A stretch of 63,010 nt of DNA, the filler included, from Ministeria vibrans ATCC 50519 (lineage: Eukaryota; Protista; Filasterea), in assembly GCA_943704425.1 (NCBI GenBank). It is 10 parts of 10 records of this genome, joined end to end, with 100 filler letters (N's around TTAATTAATTAA, not from the genome) between each part and the next. Parts side by side here need not be neighbours in the genome. Positions count along the whole stretch, not along the records: positions 42,612 to 49,045 come from CALSCP010002493.1; positions 49,146 to 50,680 come from CALSCP010001196.1; positions 50,781 to 52,673 come from CALSCP010002410.1; positions 52,774 to 54,287 come from CALSCP010000594.1; positions 54,388 to 57,520 come from CALSCP010002858.1; 5 more parts are not named here. One strand, 5' to 3'. The translations under genes and the position numbers were made by a program. Positions 45,770 through 55,371 of this stretch are shown one piece after another. The notes below the pieces were generated by a model. That model worked only from the letters and a program-made list of their open reading frames with translations. It was not told the DNA's origin and searched no databases. The first letter of the stretch is position 1, and each line of letters starts with the position of its first letter.

Positions 45770-46143
45770 GAAAATAATGTAATAAAAAGTAAAATTTGTT
45801 AATGATTAGAAGTGAAAAGTACAATAAATTGGAAATGACTTCTTTTTCTTCAAAAGTTTACTCAAGGGAAGTGGGGGATGAAAATAAATACAATGAGGGG
45901 TAATATACTGCTTTCGCTATAGGCTAGCCCCAAGCAGGTGACGCCCTCATAGACCCACAGACAACAGATACGCAATATATTACTGATCGTTCGTTGAGCT
46001 TTCGTCGTTCTACCTGCACACTTCCACACTTTTTCGTCGACTGTCGTCGAATCAAGGCACTTTCGACAATCATTTAGAATAATAAAGATGACACAAGAAT
46101 TGTGATACATTACAAAAATACATACAGTACAAAAATACAAGTA

Positions 46144-47637
46144 TTATTGTGCGCTCTGCTTGTCTTGACGTTGCTGAGAGACAATGTCGCACAGAGCACA
46201 CATGAGCTGCGATGCCTGCGCCTCACGCCCCGCCAGCCCCGGGTGGAGGGCATCGACGGGGTACACGTCGGGGGCAATGTCTTTAGCGGTGTGAATGAGC
46301 GAGTGCTGGTCGATGTTGTGGAAGCCAGGTGCGGAGGGGCCATCGTATGCATAGAGCGCGTGCGAACGGTTGTTCATAGTGAGAACGTCTTCAATGATTT
46401 TGATGTGGCCCGGCGCACGAAATGTGGCCGAGTCGGGGTTCATAGGTGTGAGGTTGGCCATGAGGAGCTGCGGGCCGTTAGGGAACGAGCGAAACGCAGA
46501 CTCGATAAGCGTCCGCAGTGGAGGCCCTTCGCGCTCGAGCACCGCCAGCGCCTGTTGAAAGCTCGTCAGATGCTTGTCTAGAATGTGATGCAGGCCTATT
46601 TGCGAAATGAGAAAGGTTGCGCGATCCGACTCGCGAGTTTCAGGCATGGCATGAAGACGAATCAGTTGCCCCAGCGACGACCATGTCTGCGTCCAGTAGT
46701 ACTTCAGGTAGACGGAGCCACGGCCGTGGTGCAGCGCAATGGTGCTCTCACAAGGCGACGTAAACGAAGGTCCACATTGCATTTTCTCGAGCGTGCGGTT
46801 GCCGCTGCCTGCCGTCTCTTCGAGTTCAACGTTGAGCGAGCCGCGTGCCAACAGAGCCTGTAGGTGAAAGAAAACACCTCGCATGATGCTGTTACCTGCG
46901 ACGATGATGCGCTGGCCGCCCAGACAGCTCATGAGGCGGTCGGCCACGTCGGCAATCGAAGTGTTTGCGTACGCACCAAACGGCGACTCGCTTCCATCCT
47001 CGTACACATAGTGGTCGGCATCCTTCCACTGGCCCGGCGCGGCACACGCAGTCTGCTTGCTGTTCGTTGTCAAACTTGCTCGTACCTGGTTATCCTGCTC
47101 GACCTTTGATTCAATCTTCGGCAGCTCATTCGGCTCGTTCGAAGTGAGCTCATTCGTCTCGTTCGAAGTGGGCTCATTCGTTTCGTTCGTAGTGGGCTCA
47201 TTCGTTTCGTTCGTAGTGGTTTCATTCGTTTCGTTCGTGGTGGGCTCGTTTGTCTCGTTCGTGGTGGGCTCGTTTGTGCCATGGTTCGCTTCCTGACTGC
47301 TCTTGCTTGGAACATTGTCAGAAATAGGGCTAAGTGGCTTGCCGTTAGATGGGTCGATAGACTCTGTGGCTGCGTTTGAGAGGTCGCTGGATCCTTCGTT
47401 CGCAGTGGTGCTCTCGTCGTTGCGCACCAATGTTTCGTTGTCAATTTCAATTTCAGCATTTGACTCGTCAGCAGTGCGACTCTCGTCGGATTCACTCGTC
47501 TGATCGATGACTGCTACCACCTCCAAGAGTGGTTGCGGTCCAGACGGGGATGAGCTTGGCGCGACTTGAGAGAGCGCGACGAGAGCAACGACACACAACA
47601 CCACCACCATCGCCGTCAGAATCTGAGCCGCTTTCAT
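46144..47637 (-). CDS. Intronless type II membrane protein with mucin-like repeat stem and SGNH/PC-esterase-like domain
   Basis: N-terminal TM; T/N/E/P-rich stem; CLGGQRIIVAGNSIMRGVF (GDS-like block I); GLHH; C-terminal DALHP (DxxH). Confidence 0.7.
   Translation of the reverse strand: MKAAQILTAMVVVLCVVALVALSQVAPSSSPSGPQPLLEVVAVIDQTSESDESRTADESNAEIEIDNETLVRNDESTTANEGSSDLSNAATESIDPSNGKPLSPISDNVPSKSSQEANHGTNEPTTNETNEPTTNETNETTTNETNEPTTNETNEPTSNETNELTSNEPNELPKIESKVEQDNQVRASLTTNSKQTACAAPGQWKDADHYVYEDGSESPFGAYANTSIADVADRLMSCLGGQRIIVAGNSIMRGVFFHLQALLARGSLNVELEETAGSGNRTLEKMQCGPSFTSPCESTIALHHGRGSVYLKYYWTQTWSSLGQLIRLHAMPETRESDRATFLISQIGLHHILDKHLTSFQQALAVLEREGPPLRTLIESAFRSFPNGPQLLMANLTPMNPDSATFRAPGHIKIIEDVLTMNNRSHALYAYDGPSAPGFHNIDQHSLIHTAKDIAPDVYPVDALHPGLAGREAQASQLMCALCDIVSQQRQDKQSAQ
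47131..47278 (-). repeat. 24-bp coding tandem repeat encoding TNEPTTNE, about 6 copies
   Basis: Visible in the DNA (GTGGGCTCATTCGTTTCGTTCGTA units) and in the translation. Confidence 0.9.
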
Positions 47638-48264
47638 CGTTGTCGACGCTTGTTGTGCTGGGTGCCGCTTGTGGGATGTTGTCTCCTGGACGGGTGTTAT
47701 GTATATTGTAGTGCAGTGCCGTAAATATGCGGAGGAAAAAAAAAAATAGGAAAATAAATGTACTCAATGTCAAAACAAAATTATATAGAAATCAAAGAGC
47801 AGCACAATAATAATACTAATTAATGTAAGCTTGAATTTTGATGGACAAGTAGAAGGGCTTGAAGAAAGTGTCCTTCAGCTCGACGATGCAGGTGCAGATG
47901 TTGAACGACTCCCACTGGCAGTCGTGCCTCACTGGACGTCCGCACCTGACCTGCCAATGCCTTTGCTATTAATTTCTCCGTTTCAGTTCGAGTTGTGCGG
48001 CGGTCCTGGGTGTGTTCTGTTGTGGTGACTGTATTTAATAAATGGGTTGTATTCTTGAAACGAGGAATATATTTGTGTACCAACCGATGACAACCATGAT
48101 GGAGATGAATCAGATAATGATGGCGACAAGGAGGATGCCGCCAATGACGGAGCCGACAACGGTGCCCGTTGTATCGTGTGGCTTAGGCGCGGAAAAAACA
48201 CTAAAGGGAGCGCAGGGGAGCGAGTTTGCGAACAGGTTGATAGAGGAGTGGTACAGCAACTCTA

Positions 48265-48318
48265 CTAGATTGTCTTGTACAATGAAGCTTTTGCCCCTAG
48301 GACTTCCAAAAAAAAAAA
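48265..48318 (+). mobile_element. Severely 5'-truncated non-LTR retroposon (SINE/LINE 3' end) with polyA
   Basis: CTAGATTGTCTTGTACAATGAAGCTTT..CCTAGG..A11, flanked by the short duplication (AA)CTCTA; homologous to the 3' end of the element at 48620-48800. Confidence 0.7.
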
Positions 48319-48619
48319 CTCTAGTTGTCGTCTTCCTTAATGTTCTTCGTAAGTGAAACCAGCTGGCGTACTGCGTCGGGACCTCTATAGTCACCCTGGA
48401 GGTCGTATAGAACATCGTCGGCAGATATGTTAGTCTCAGTGTGCGCGATGTCGTTGCCTCGAGGGCTCAGCTTCCTCATCGCTTGCCAGTGTCGCCACTC
48501 AATGCCAGTACAGTGCCCCACGTCGTCAAAAGCCTGGAGCATTGCCGGTTTCTCTGTCGCGCCAACTCGGCCGAAGCCGTTGACAAAACTGTCATGCCTG
48601 CTGTAGGTGCGCGCCCTCG

Positions 48620-48800
48620 CATTGCAATGATTAGCCCTGGGCTCGGAGGTGTGCTTGCCTAGGTGCACCTTTTTGAGCGCATGCAAGTCTCATTCTGATT
48701 ACCGTTCGGCCCATGCGGGGATGGAGCAGCCGCTTCGGAGGGCTAGTTTGTCTTGTACGATGAAGCTTTCATCCTAGGTTTTCAAGCAAACAAAAAAAAA
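48620..48800 (+). mobile_element. About 180-bp non-LTR retroposon copy with polyA tail and 15-bp target-site duplication
   Basis: TSD AGGTGCGCGCCCTCG at 48605-48619 and 48800-48814. The 3' end reads CTAGTTTGTCTTGTACGATGAAGCTTTCATCCTAGG..AAACAAAAAAAAA. Confidence 0.8.
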
Positions 48801-49162
48801 GGTGCGCGCCCTCGTACTTGATTTGGCAGCGTGGCGACTCTCCGAGCGGAGCGCAAGAGGGAGTTGTGGTCCTACGTTTATGGAGCACCGTCAGTGGCCA
48901 CGATTCATGAGCGTGACTACAGGACGGTGTGTGAGACGCTTGGCGTGCAACGTCGTACCCCGTGTTTGCAGTCAACGCTGGGACGGCTGATTGCCAGAGC
49001 TGCAACGTTGAGGGTGGAGACTCCCTCAGTGGCCACACGACACCANNNNNNNNNNNNNNNNNNNNNNNNNNNNNNNNNNNNNNNNNNNNTTAATTAATTA
49101 ANNNNNNNNNNNNNNNNNNNNNNNNNNNNNNNNNNNNNNNNNNNNTGCACCACATCAATCAT

Positions 49163-49867
49163 GTGAATTGCATCCATAATAAGGTAAATAGCTCGAGTGG
49201 TACACCAAGTGGCAGACGAGAGTCACAGGTGGTGTCTCCTCGCTCGATTGGGGGTATTGATGACGACGCACTGACCGACGATGAAGAAGAAGGGGGTCCT
49301 CGACATCGATTCCTCGAAGACACCGCCACAGTGGACTTGCGCTCCGCAGGACTCCTTCACTCCGCCGAAACAAGCGACACTGGCTCGTCCTCAATAGCTT
49401 CTTCTCCCGGCTCAGCAGCACTTATTGATCCTGTAGCGTTGTCTTCTCGGAAGAAGCCAACCAGCAACACACCTCCCGCCTCAACATCCTCTCCCACCGA
49501 GACGATAGACACCTCTCCAGCACCACAGTCTTCGCTCGCAGCGCGTCGCAATTTGCTCTTGCAATCCACAGACGTGGCGCGTGCCAGAACACTCAACCCG
49601 CCTTTACGTTTATCCCCCGCTCCTACTCCGCCAGGCTCGCCCGGGACAACACGAGGCCGCCGAATGCGACCATCGCCATTTGGATCGCCGCGTGGCACAC
49701 CACCCTCCCCCAGATCAGCATCCATTCCCGCAACTTCTGGCATCTCCTTAAGAACACCTCTCAGCGCCTCGAAGAGCGCCATTCCGACGTCATCCCTAAA
49801 AAAGAACGCCCAACATGAGGACTCGTCCAACTCAGAAGCCCCCAACGACGACAACACTTTGGTTTAG
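49163..49867 (+). CDS. C-terminal exon of an unidentified Ser/Pro-rich disordered protein (5'-truncated)
   Basis: 234-aa open frame with many SP/TP sites, ending NDDNTLV* and followed by AT-rich noncoding DNA. Confidence 0.5.
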   Translation: MNCIHNKVNSSSGTPSGRRESQVVSPRSIGGIDDDALTDDEEEGGPRHRFLEDTATVDLRSAGLLHSAETSDTGSSSIASSPGSAALIDPVALSSRKKPTSNTPPASTSSPTETIDTSPAPQSSLAARRNLLLQSTDVARARTLNPPLRLSPAPTPPGSPGTTRGRRMRPSPFGSPRGTPPSPRSASIPATSGISLRTPLSASKSAIPTSSLKKNAQHEDSSNSEAPNDDNTLV

Positions 49868-51004
49868 AACCAGTTTAAAATTGCAAAATATTCACCACAT
49901 ATAATAAACTTCAGGCGACATTCATTTTTGATACTGTTTATTAATTCAACTTTCAGGTGACTTTCAAAACTTTGTGTGTTGATTACAACAATCAATAGCA
50001 GCGAACCCATCCTTCTTTCTCACACCATAATATCCGCACTCGGGTTGTTTTAGAAAGAATATATACACCAGTTCTTTTCTCTTTTTTATCACTCTCTCTC
50101 TCTCGGAGATCGCTCTCTCTCTCTCTTAAGATCTTTATCTCCTCGAGGTCGTACACTCACACACAATTAGTCACACACACACTCTCGGTCATTCTCGTTA
50201 ACGGGTCGGAGTCATCCCTCTGCAGAGCCCCTCACCGAATTTTTCAATTTTTGAAAATATTAGACGGCTTAATTTGACGTCACCTAAATATGTTTGTCAG
50301 TTTTTCGCCCAATAAAGTACATTACACCAGATAAATTCAGTAGAGCATTTATCAGGCGAAATAATAATATAAATAATGTGTTTCAATCGGGAAGTTGATA
50401 TCATGCAAAAATATACTATTATTTAAGAGCGAGAAGGATAAATTTCCATTTTTTTTTACGTTTTGTCGGGTTTTAGCCTCAATTTCATGAAGGCAGGATG
50501 TCAATGAAAGTGTTCTCAATGTTTATTACAACCTGGTAAACGCGGGCGCTACAGCACAAGTGATGCCAAATTTTCGTTTGATTGAGATGTCGTCTACATG
50601 AGTAGTAGCCGGTTAATTTCTTAGAGGGCGATTATTGATCAAGACTGTCTTGGGTCTTCTGTGACACGTAACGCCGGATGNNNNNNNNNNNNNNNNNNNN
50701 NNNNNNNNNNNNNNNNNNNNNNNNTTAATTAATTAANNNNNNNNNNNNNNNNNNNNNNNNNNNNNNNNNNNNNNNNNNNNTTTTTTTTTCTCACCGCATC
50801 TTTTTCAAAAAAATCTCGCTTGCACTGCCTGCAAAGCCCGCCCTCATCCTCCCACACCAACCCCACTCAACTCCGTCGGTGTCTCAGCCAGATCAATCGA
50901 GGCCTGATCTTCTCCTGTGCCTTCCATGACCGCTTTTTTTTTCTCTCTCTCTCTCGCTCATCTCTCATCCTCTCAACACCTCTCGCCGTTTTTTCGCTGT
51001 GCAG

Positions 51005-51921
51005 GAAGGCTACCAGGACAACACAGAGCTCATGTACCTGCACGATGCAAGTCTCCTCAGCAACCTGCGACACAGGTATGCCCTATGCGCTTCCCCTAAG
51101 CACTCTCGTCACCCAAACTCTCTCTCTCTCGCTCGCTCACTCTTCCGCCAAATCATTCCGTCTTTTTTTTTTTTTTTTTTGGCTCTCTCCGCCCACTTTC
51201 CTCCATCCCTTTGACCTTATTGTCACTTTGTCTTTACTTTACACCCCGTTGCTTCTCTCTGGCGACTCGAGTGTCTCTACAAGCAGTGCCATTTGTTTTT
51301 TTCTCCTTTTTTGAAATGATGGTCTCATATGAATTGTCTCGTTCTTTCTTCTCTCATCAGATACAAATTGAACGACATTCACACCTTCACCGCACACATC
51401 CTGGTGATTGTCAATCCGTACAAGATGCTGCCGCTCTACTCGGACGCGCTCATGCTCCAGTACGCGGGAGTCGCCATCGGACGACTGCCCCCTCACGTCT
51501 ATGCCGTGGCCGACCGTGCCTACCGCAGCATGAAGGCGTCCAAAAGCGATCAGTGTCTGGTAGTCAGTGGCGAGTCGGGTGCTGGCAAGACGGAGACGTG
51601 CAAGTTTGCCATGCGCTACTTTGCCCATGTCGGTGGCGCCCGTGGTGACACGGTACACCTCGGCTCGCTCGAAACCAAAGTGCTCGCTGTCAATCCACTC
51701 CTCGAGAGTTTCGGTAACGCCAAGACCCTTCGCAACAACAACTCGTCGCGTTACGGCAAATTCACCGAAATGCGCTTCAGTGCCAAAGCACGTCTGTGTG
51801 GCGCCAGCGTCGAAACGCATCTTCTCGAGAAACCCCGTGTGGTTAGCCCCGAAGAGAACGAGCGTGTCTACCATATCTTCTACCAACTTAGAGCCGGTGC
51901 TTCTCCTGACGAGCGCAAGGT

Positions 51922-51969
<48 letters not shown>

Positions 51970-52580
51970 TGTTCGTTTGCAGTATTGTGTTGTGTGTGTG
52001 GGACACAGTTTGACATCGAACATTTTTTTTGTAGAAGTACGGAATCGAGGCGGACGGCAAGTACCTTTACATTGGCCGAGGCGGATGTCTCACGATCAAG
52101 GGCACAGATGACGCAGCCGACTTTAAAGCGCTCAAGCAGAACATGAGCACTGTGGGCTTCACCGACAAGCAGATTGACGAGACGTTCACTGCTATTGCCG
52201 CCATTATGCACATTGGAAACATTGAGTTTTCAGGCGCTCGCTCTCGCCAGGGCTGTCATGTCTCCGAGTCCAGTAGCGCCTCAGTGGCTCATCTCGTGCG
52301 TCTTCTTGCTCTTGATCCCACCAAGATTGAAAAGGGTCTCACCACCCGTCTTATGAAAGTTGGCGTAAGGAACATATTGAGAGTTTGGATTTTTTTTTTC
52401 TTATTCTCAAATACCTTCTTTCTCTTTCATTTTTCATAGGCTGGTCGCGCGGCAAGCTCTGTCACTGTCCCTCTTACACCACAAGAGGCCGAGTTTGCTC
52501 GAGATGCGCTTGCCAAGCACATTTACACTCGCATGCTCTTTCCGTGGGTCGTCGAAATCATCAATCAGTGCCTTCCTCGG
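51005..52580 (+). CDS. Myosin motor domain fragment, class VI-like
   Basis: DNTELMYLHDASLLSNL; VNPYK; PPHVYAVAD.AYR.MK; P-loop SGESGAGKTE; NPLLESFGNAKTLRNNNSSRYGK; LTTRLM..VPL..ARDALAK..VV..INQCLP. Confidence 0.85.
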
Positions 52581-52639
52581 TATGTGTTCTATCGTGCAAC
52601 TAACTATCTCTCCTGCCTTTTTATATTCATATGTTTTAT

Positions 52640-52673
<34 letters not shown>

Positions 52674-52773
52674 NNNNNNNNNNNNNNNNNNNNNNNNNNN
52701 NNNNNNNNNNNNNNNNNTTAATTAATTAANNNNNNNNNNNNNNNNNNNNNNNNNNNNNNNNNNNNNNNNNNNN

Positions 52774-52881
<108 letters not shown>

Positions 52882-52934
52882 TGAATATTAAGTTTTTTGT
52901 TTTCGTTTTTTGTTTTGTTTTTCGGCGTAGTTAC

Positions 52935-54119
52935 CGATTGCACAGACACTGGTTAGGAAATGGAGAAACCCGCGACGATGCTCGGTGATTTTGACAAGCA
53001 TTGCACTGACATCGTAAATGAAGAACACGCCTGCAAGCATAACGGGTGAGATTCAATGCGAAAGTAGATGTATTATTTGTGGGTACCGGGTAGACCGCGT
53101 TCGCCTGCTCCAAAGTTGATCAATTTGGAGTGTTGGGTGGCACTGTACCTGAACGCGATAAGAGATAAGGAGAAGTGTGTGGGGAAAGGGAGGAGGTGAG
53201 TTGAAAAGAGTAGATAATTTTGAAGATTCGACTTTTTGACAAGCCCGTACTGGTTTGATTTAATGTCTGTTCCATCAACGGCAAGATACTCGGTGGGAAC
53301 CAACTTAATAAAATACTGAAACATAGCAGATCCTACAAAAAAGACAAGCCCCAAACAAAAAGTCATAAGAATCAAACTTTCAATTCTCTCTCCCTCTTTC
53401 TCTGTCTTTACCCTTTCCGGCCGGAACAGTTTTTACAATACCGTCCAGTGGATTTTTCATTCCTGGATAATCTTTCCCAAACGAGAGCTACAAAAAAAAC
53501 ATTGAAAGAATTGTGAGATGTAGCATTCTCATTCCATTTTCTCTCTTTTTCTATTGTGTTCGTTCTGCTACTATTCTCTTCTATTATTTAATTCTCTCTC
53601 AATCACTTTGTTTCTTTCTCTCAATTTGTTTCTTTCTCCCTCCTTTCTCCTTTCTCTCGATTGGTTTCTTTCTCCCTCCTTTCTCCTTTCTCTCTATTTG
53701 TTTCATTCTCCCTCCTTTCTTTCTCTCTATTTGTTTCTTTCTCCCTCCTTTCTTTCTCTCTATTTGATTCTTTCTCCCTCCTTTCTCTCTGTTTGTTTCT
53801 TTCTCCGTCCTTTCTCCTTTCTCTCGATTGGTTTCTTTCTCCCTCCTTTCTCCTTTCTCTCTATTTGTTTCTTTCTCCCTCCTTTCTTTCTCTCTGTTTG
53901 TTTCTTTCTCCCTCCTTTCTCTCTATTTGTTTCTTTCTCCCTCCTTTCTTTCTCTCTCTCTTTGTTTCTTTCTCCCTCCTTTTTTTCTCTCAGTATCTCT
54001 TACCCGATTGATAGTATGGGTCAAATCAAAGGAGCCGCTCTTGAAGGCCTGCAGATCATGCACATGAACATGCTGCTGCTGAAACGACTTACCCGGCGCA
54101 AAATGAAAATTCCCCGCAA
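52935..54119 (-). CDS. ERGIC3: ER-Golgi intermediate compartment protein 3 (Erv46), internal exons
   Basis: AGNFHFAPGKSFQQQHVHVHDLQ; LSFGKDYPGMKNPLDG; MFQYFIKLVPT; GLP|GVFFIYD; FLHFLTSVCAI. Confidence 0.93.
53590..53990. repeat. Intronic minisatellite (CTCTCTATTTGTTTCTTTCTCCCTCCTTT-like units)
   Basis: About 11 visible imperfect copies inside an ERGIC3 intron. Confidence 0.85.
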
Positions 54120-54424
54120 CTACAAGTCATGTTTTAAGAATCGCCCAACTCACATCGGTACATCATCCTTATTACACAACCAATATACCACCACGATATT
54201 ATAATCAGCAATCATTGAAAATCATTTCATATTACACAATGCACAATATACACAATCAAAGGAAGCAAAATAACATGATAATAACACNNNNNNNNNNNNN
54301 NNNNNNNNNNNNNNNNNNNNNNNNNNNNNNNTTAATTAATTAANNNNNNNNNNNNNNNNNNNNNNNNNNNNNNNNNNNNNNNNNNNNGGGGGGGGGTGTT
54401 AACTCCCGTTGTGCTTCATTCCAG

Positions 54425-55248
54425 GAGATGGTGGTGAAGACACTGGAGTGGCAAGAGGGAGAGAACGGCGGCGCGGACTCATTTGAGAATTTCCAAGAGT
54501 TGGCCTGTCTCATTTTGACGACGCATGCGGTGAATCAAGGACGCACTCGCAACTTTGTGCGCCTCTATGATATTTTCGTGGCCAAGGGCGAGTTGTATAT
54601 GCTTATGGAGCGACTGCAAGGCGATCTCGAGACAGTTGACAACCTTGCAGGTGCGTCTGTGTCCAAGGCGATGGAAGTGTGTTTGACCGTTTGTTTATTT
54701 GAATTGTTGTTGTGACAGATCCTGACGTCATGTGGAACGTGTTGTATCAGTTTGCCAGTGCACTTGAAGTGCTGCAGTCGCTGGCGGAGATTGTGCACTT
54801 TGACATCCGCCATGACAATGTGTTGGTGGAGCACCTTAGTGCGCCTGTGCAGCTGTACCCGTCGGCCATGCCGCAGCTGGAAACGTCCTTTGTGCTGAAG
54901 ATTGCTGATTTTGGGCAAGCCGAGTTGACGTTGAGTGGTTCGCGCGCACGCAATGCAATCCATGTAGGCGAGCACGACGAAGCCAAGTGGGGTGCGTATC
55001 CGGTTGGGTATGCGCCCAACACGGGCTACGACATGCAGTACTTTCTCTACACGCTCCCGTGTGTCCTCGACGGCTACGTTGATCAGTACTATGTGCTCAC
55101 GGGCACCCAGGAGTTCGTTGAGGACGGCCTGGCACGCACGGGCGACGACAACCGCACCGCCGACCAGTTCAGGCCGACCGAGGTGAGCCGCAAGACGGCC
55201 GCCGAGACAGTCGCCTTCCTCGCCGACTTCTACCACACTCGTTTGTGA
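54425..55248 (+). CDS. Atypical protein kinase (haspin/poxvirus-F10-like), 5'-truncated, one intron
   Basis: VVK; E in helix C; NFVRLYD; LMERLQGDL; LYQ..AL..LQ...IVHFDIRHDNVLV; LKIADFG; YDMQYFL; no APE motif. Confidence 0.65.
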
Positions 55249-55371
55249 ATTTGTTCTTATTCTGGTGATAGTGCCATGTATTGTACAGGAAAAAGTGTGA
55301 AAGAGACCCCTACTCATTTGAGTGAAAGATCAAAGATAACAAATAAAATTGAAAACTCAGATATTGTTGAT

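Larger units (their letters stand above)
48087..49045 (-). pseudogene. Decayed type I membrane-protein gene interrupted by two retroposon insertions
   Basis: TM-like TGTVVGSVIGGILLVAIII*FISIMVVI has an in-frame TGA at 48110-48112. The upstream GC-rich coding-like sequence has stops in all frames and two inserted elements. Confidence 0.45.

Noticed and set aside
48110-48112. TGA recoding (Trp/Sec) as an explanation for the in-frame stop
   Set aside because: TGA is the normal terminator of DUS1, VAP, the carrier and others here, and TGG is used for Trp.
49870-50680. AT-rich gene-free stretch examined for RNA genes or transposon ends
   Set aside because: No recognisable tRNA/snRNA fold, terminal repeats or ORF.
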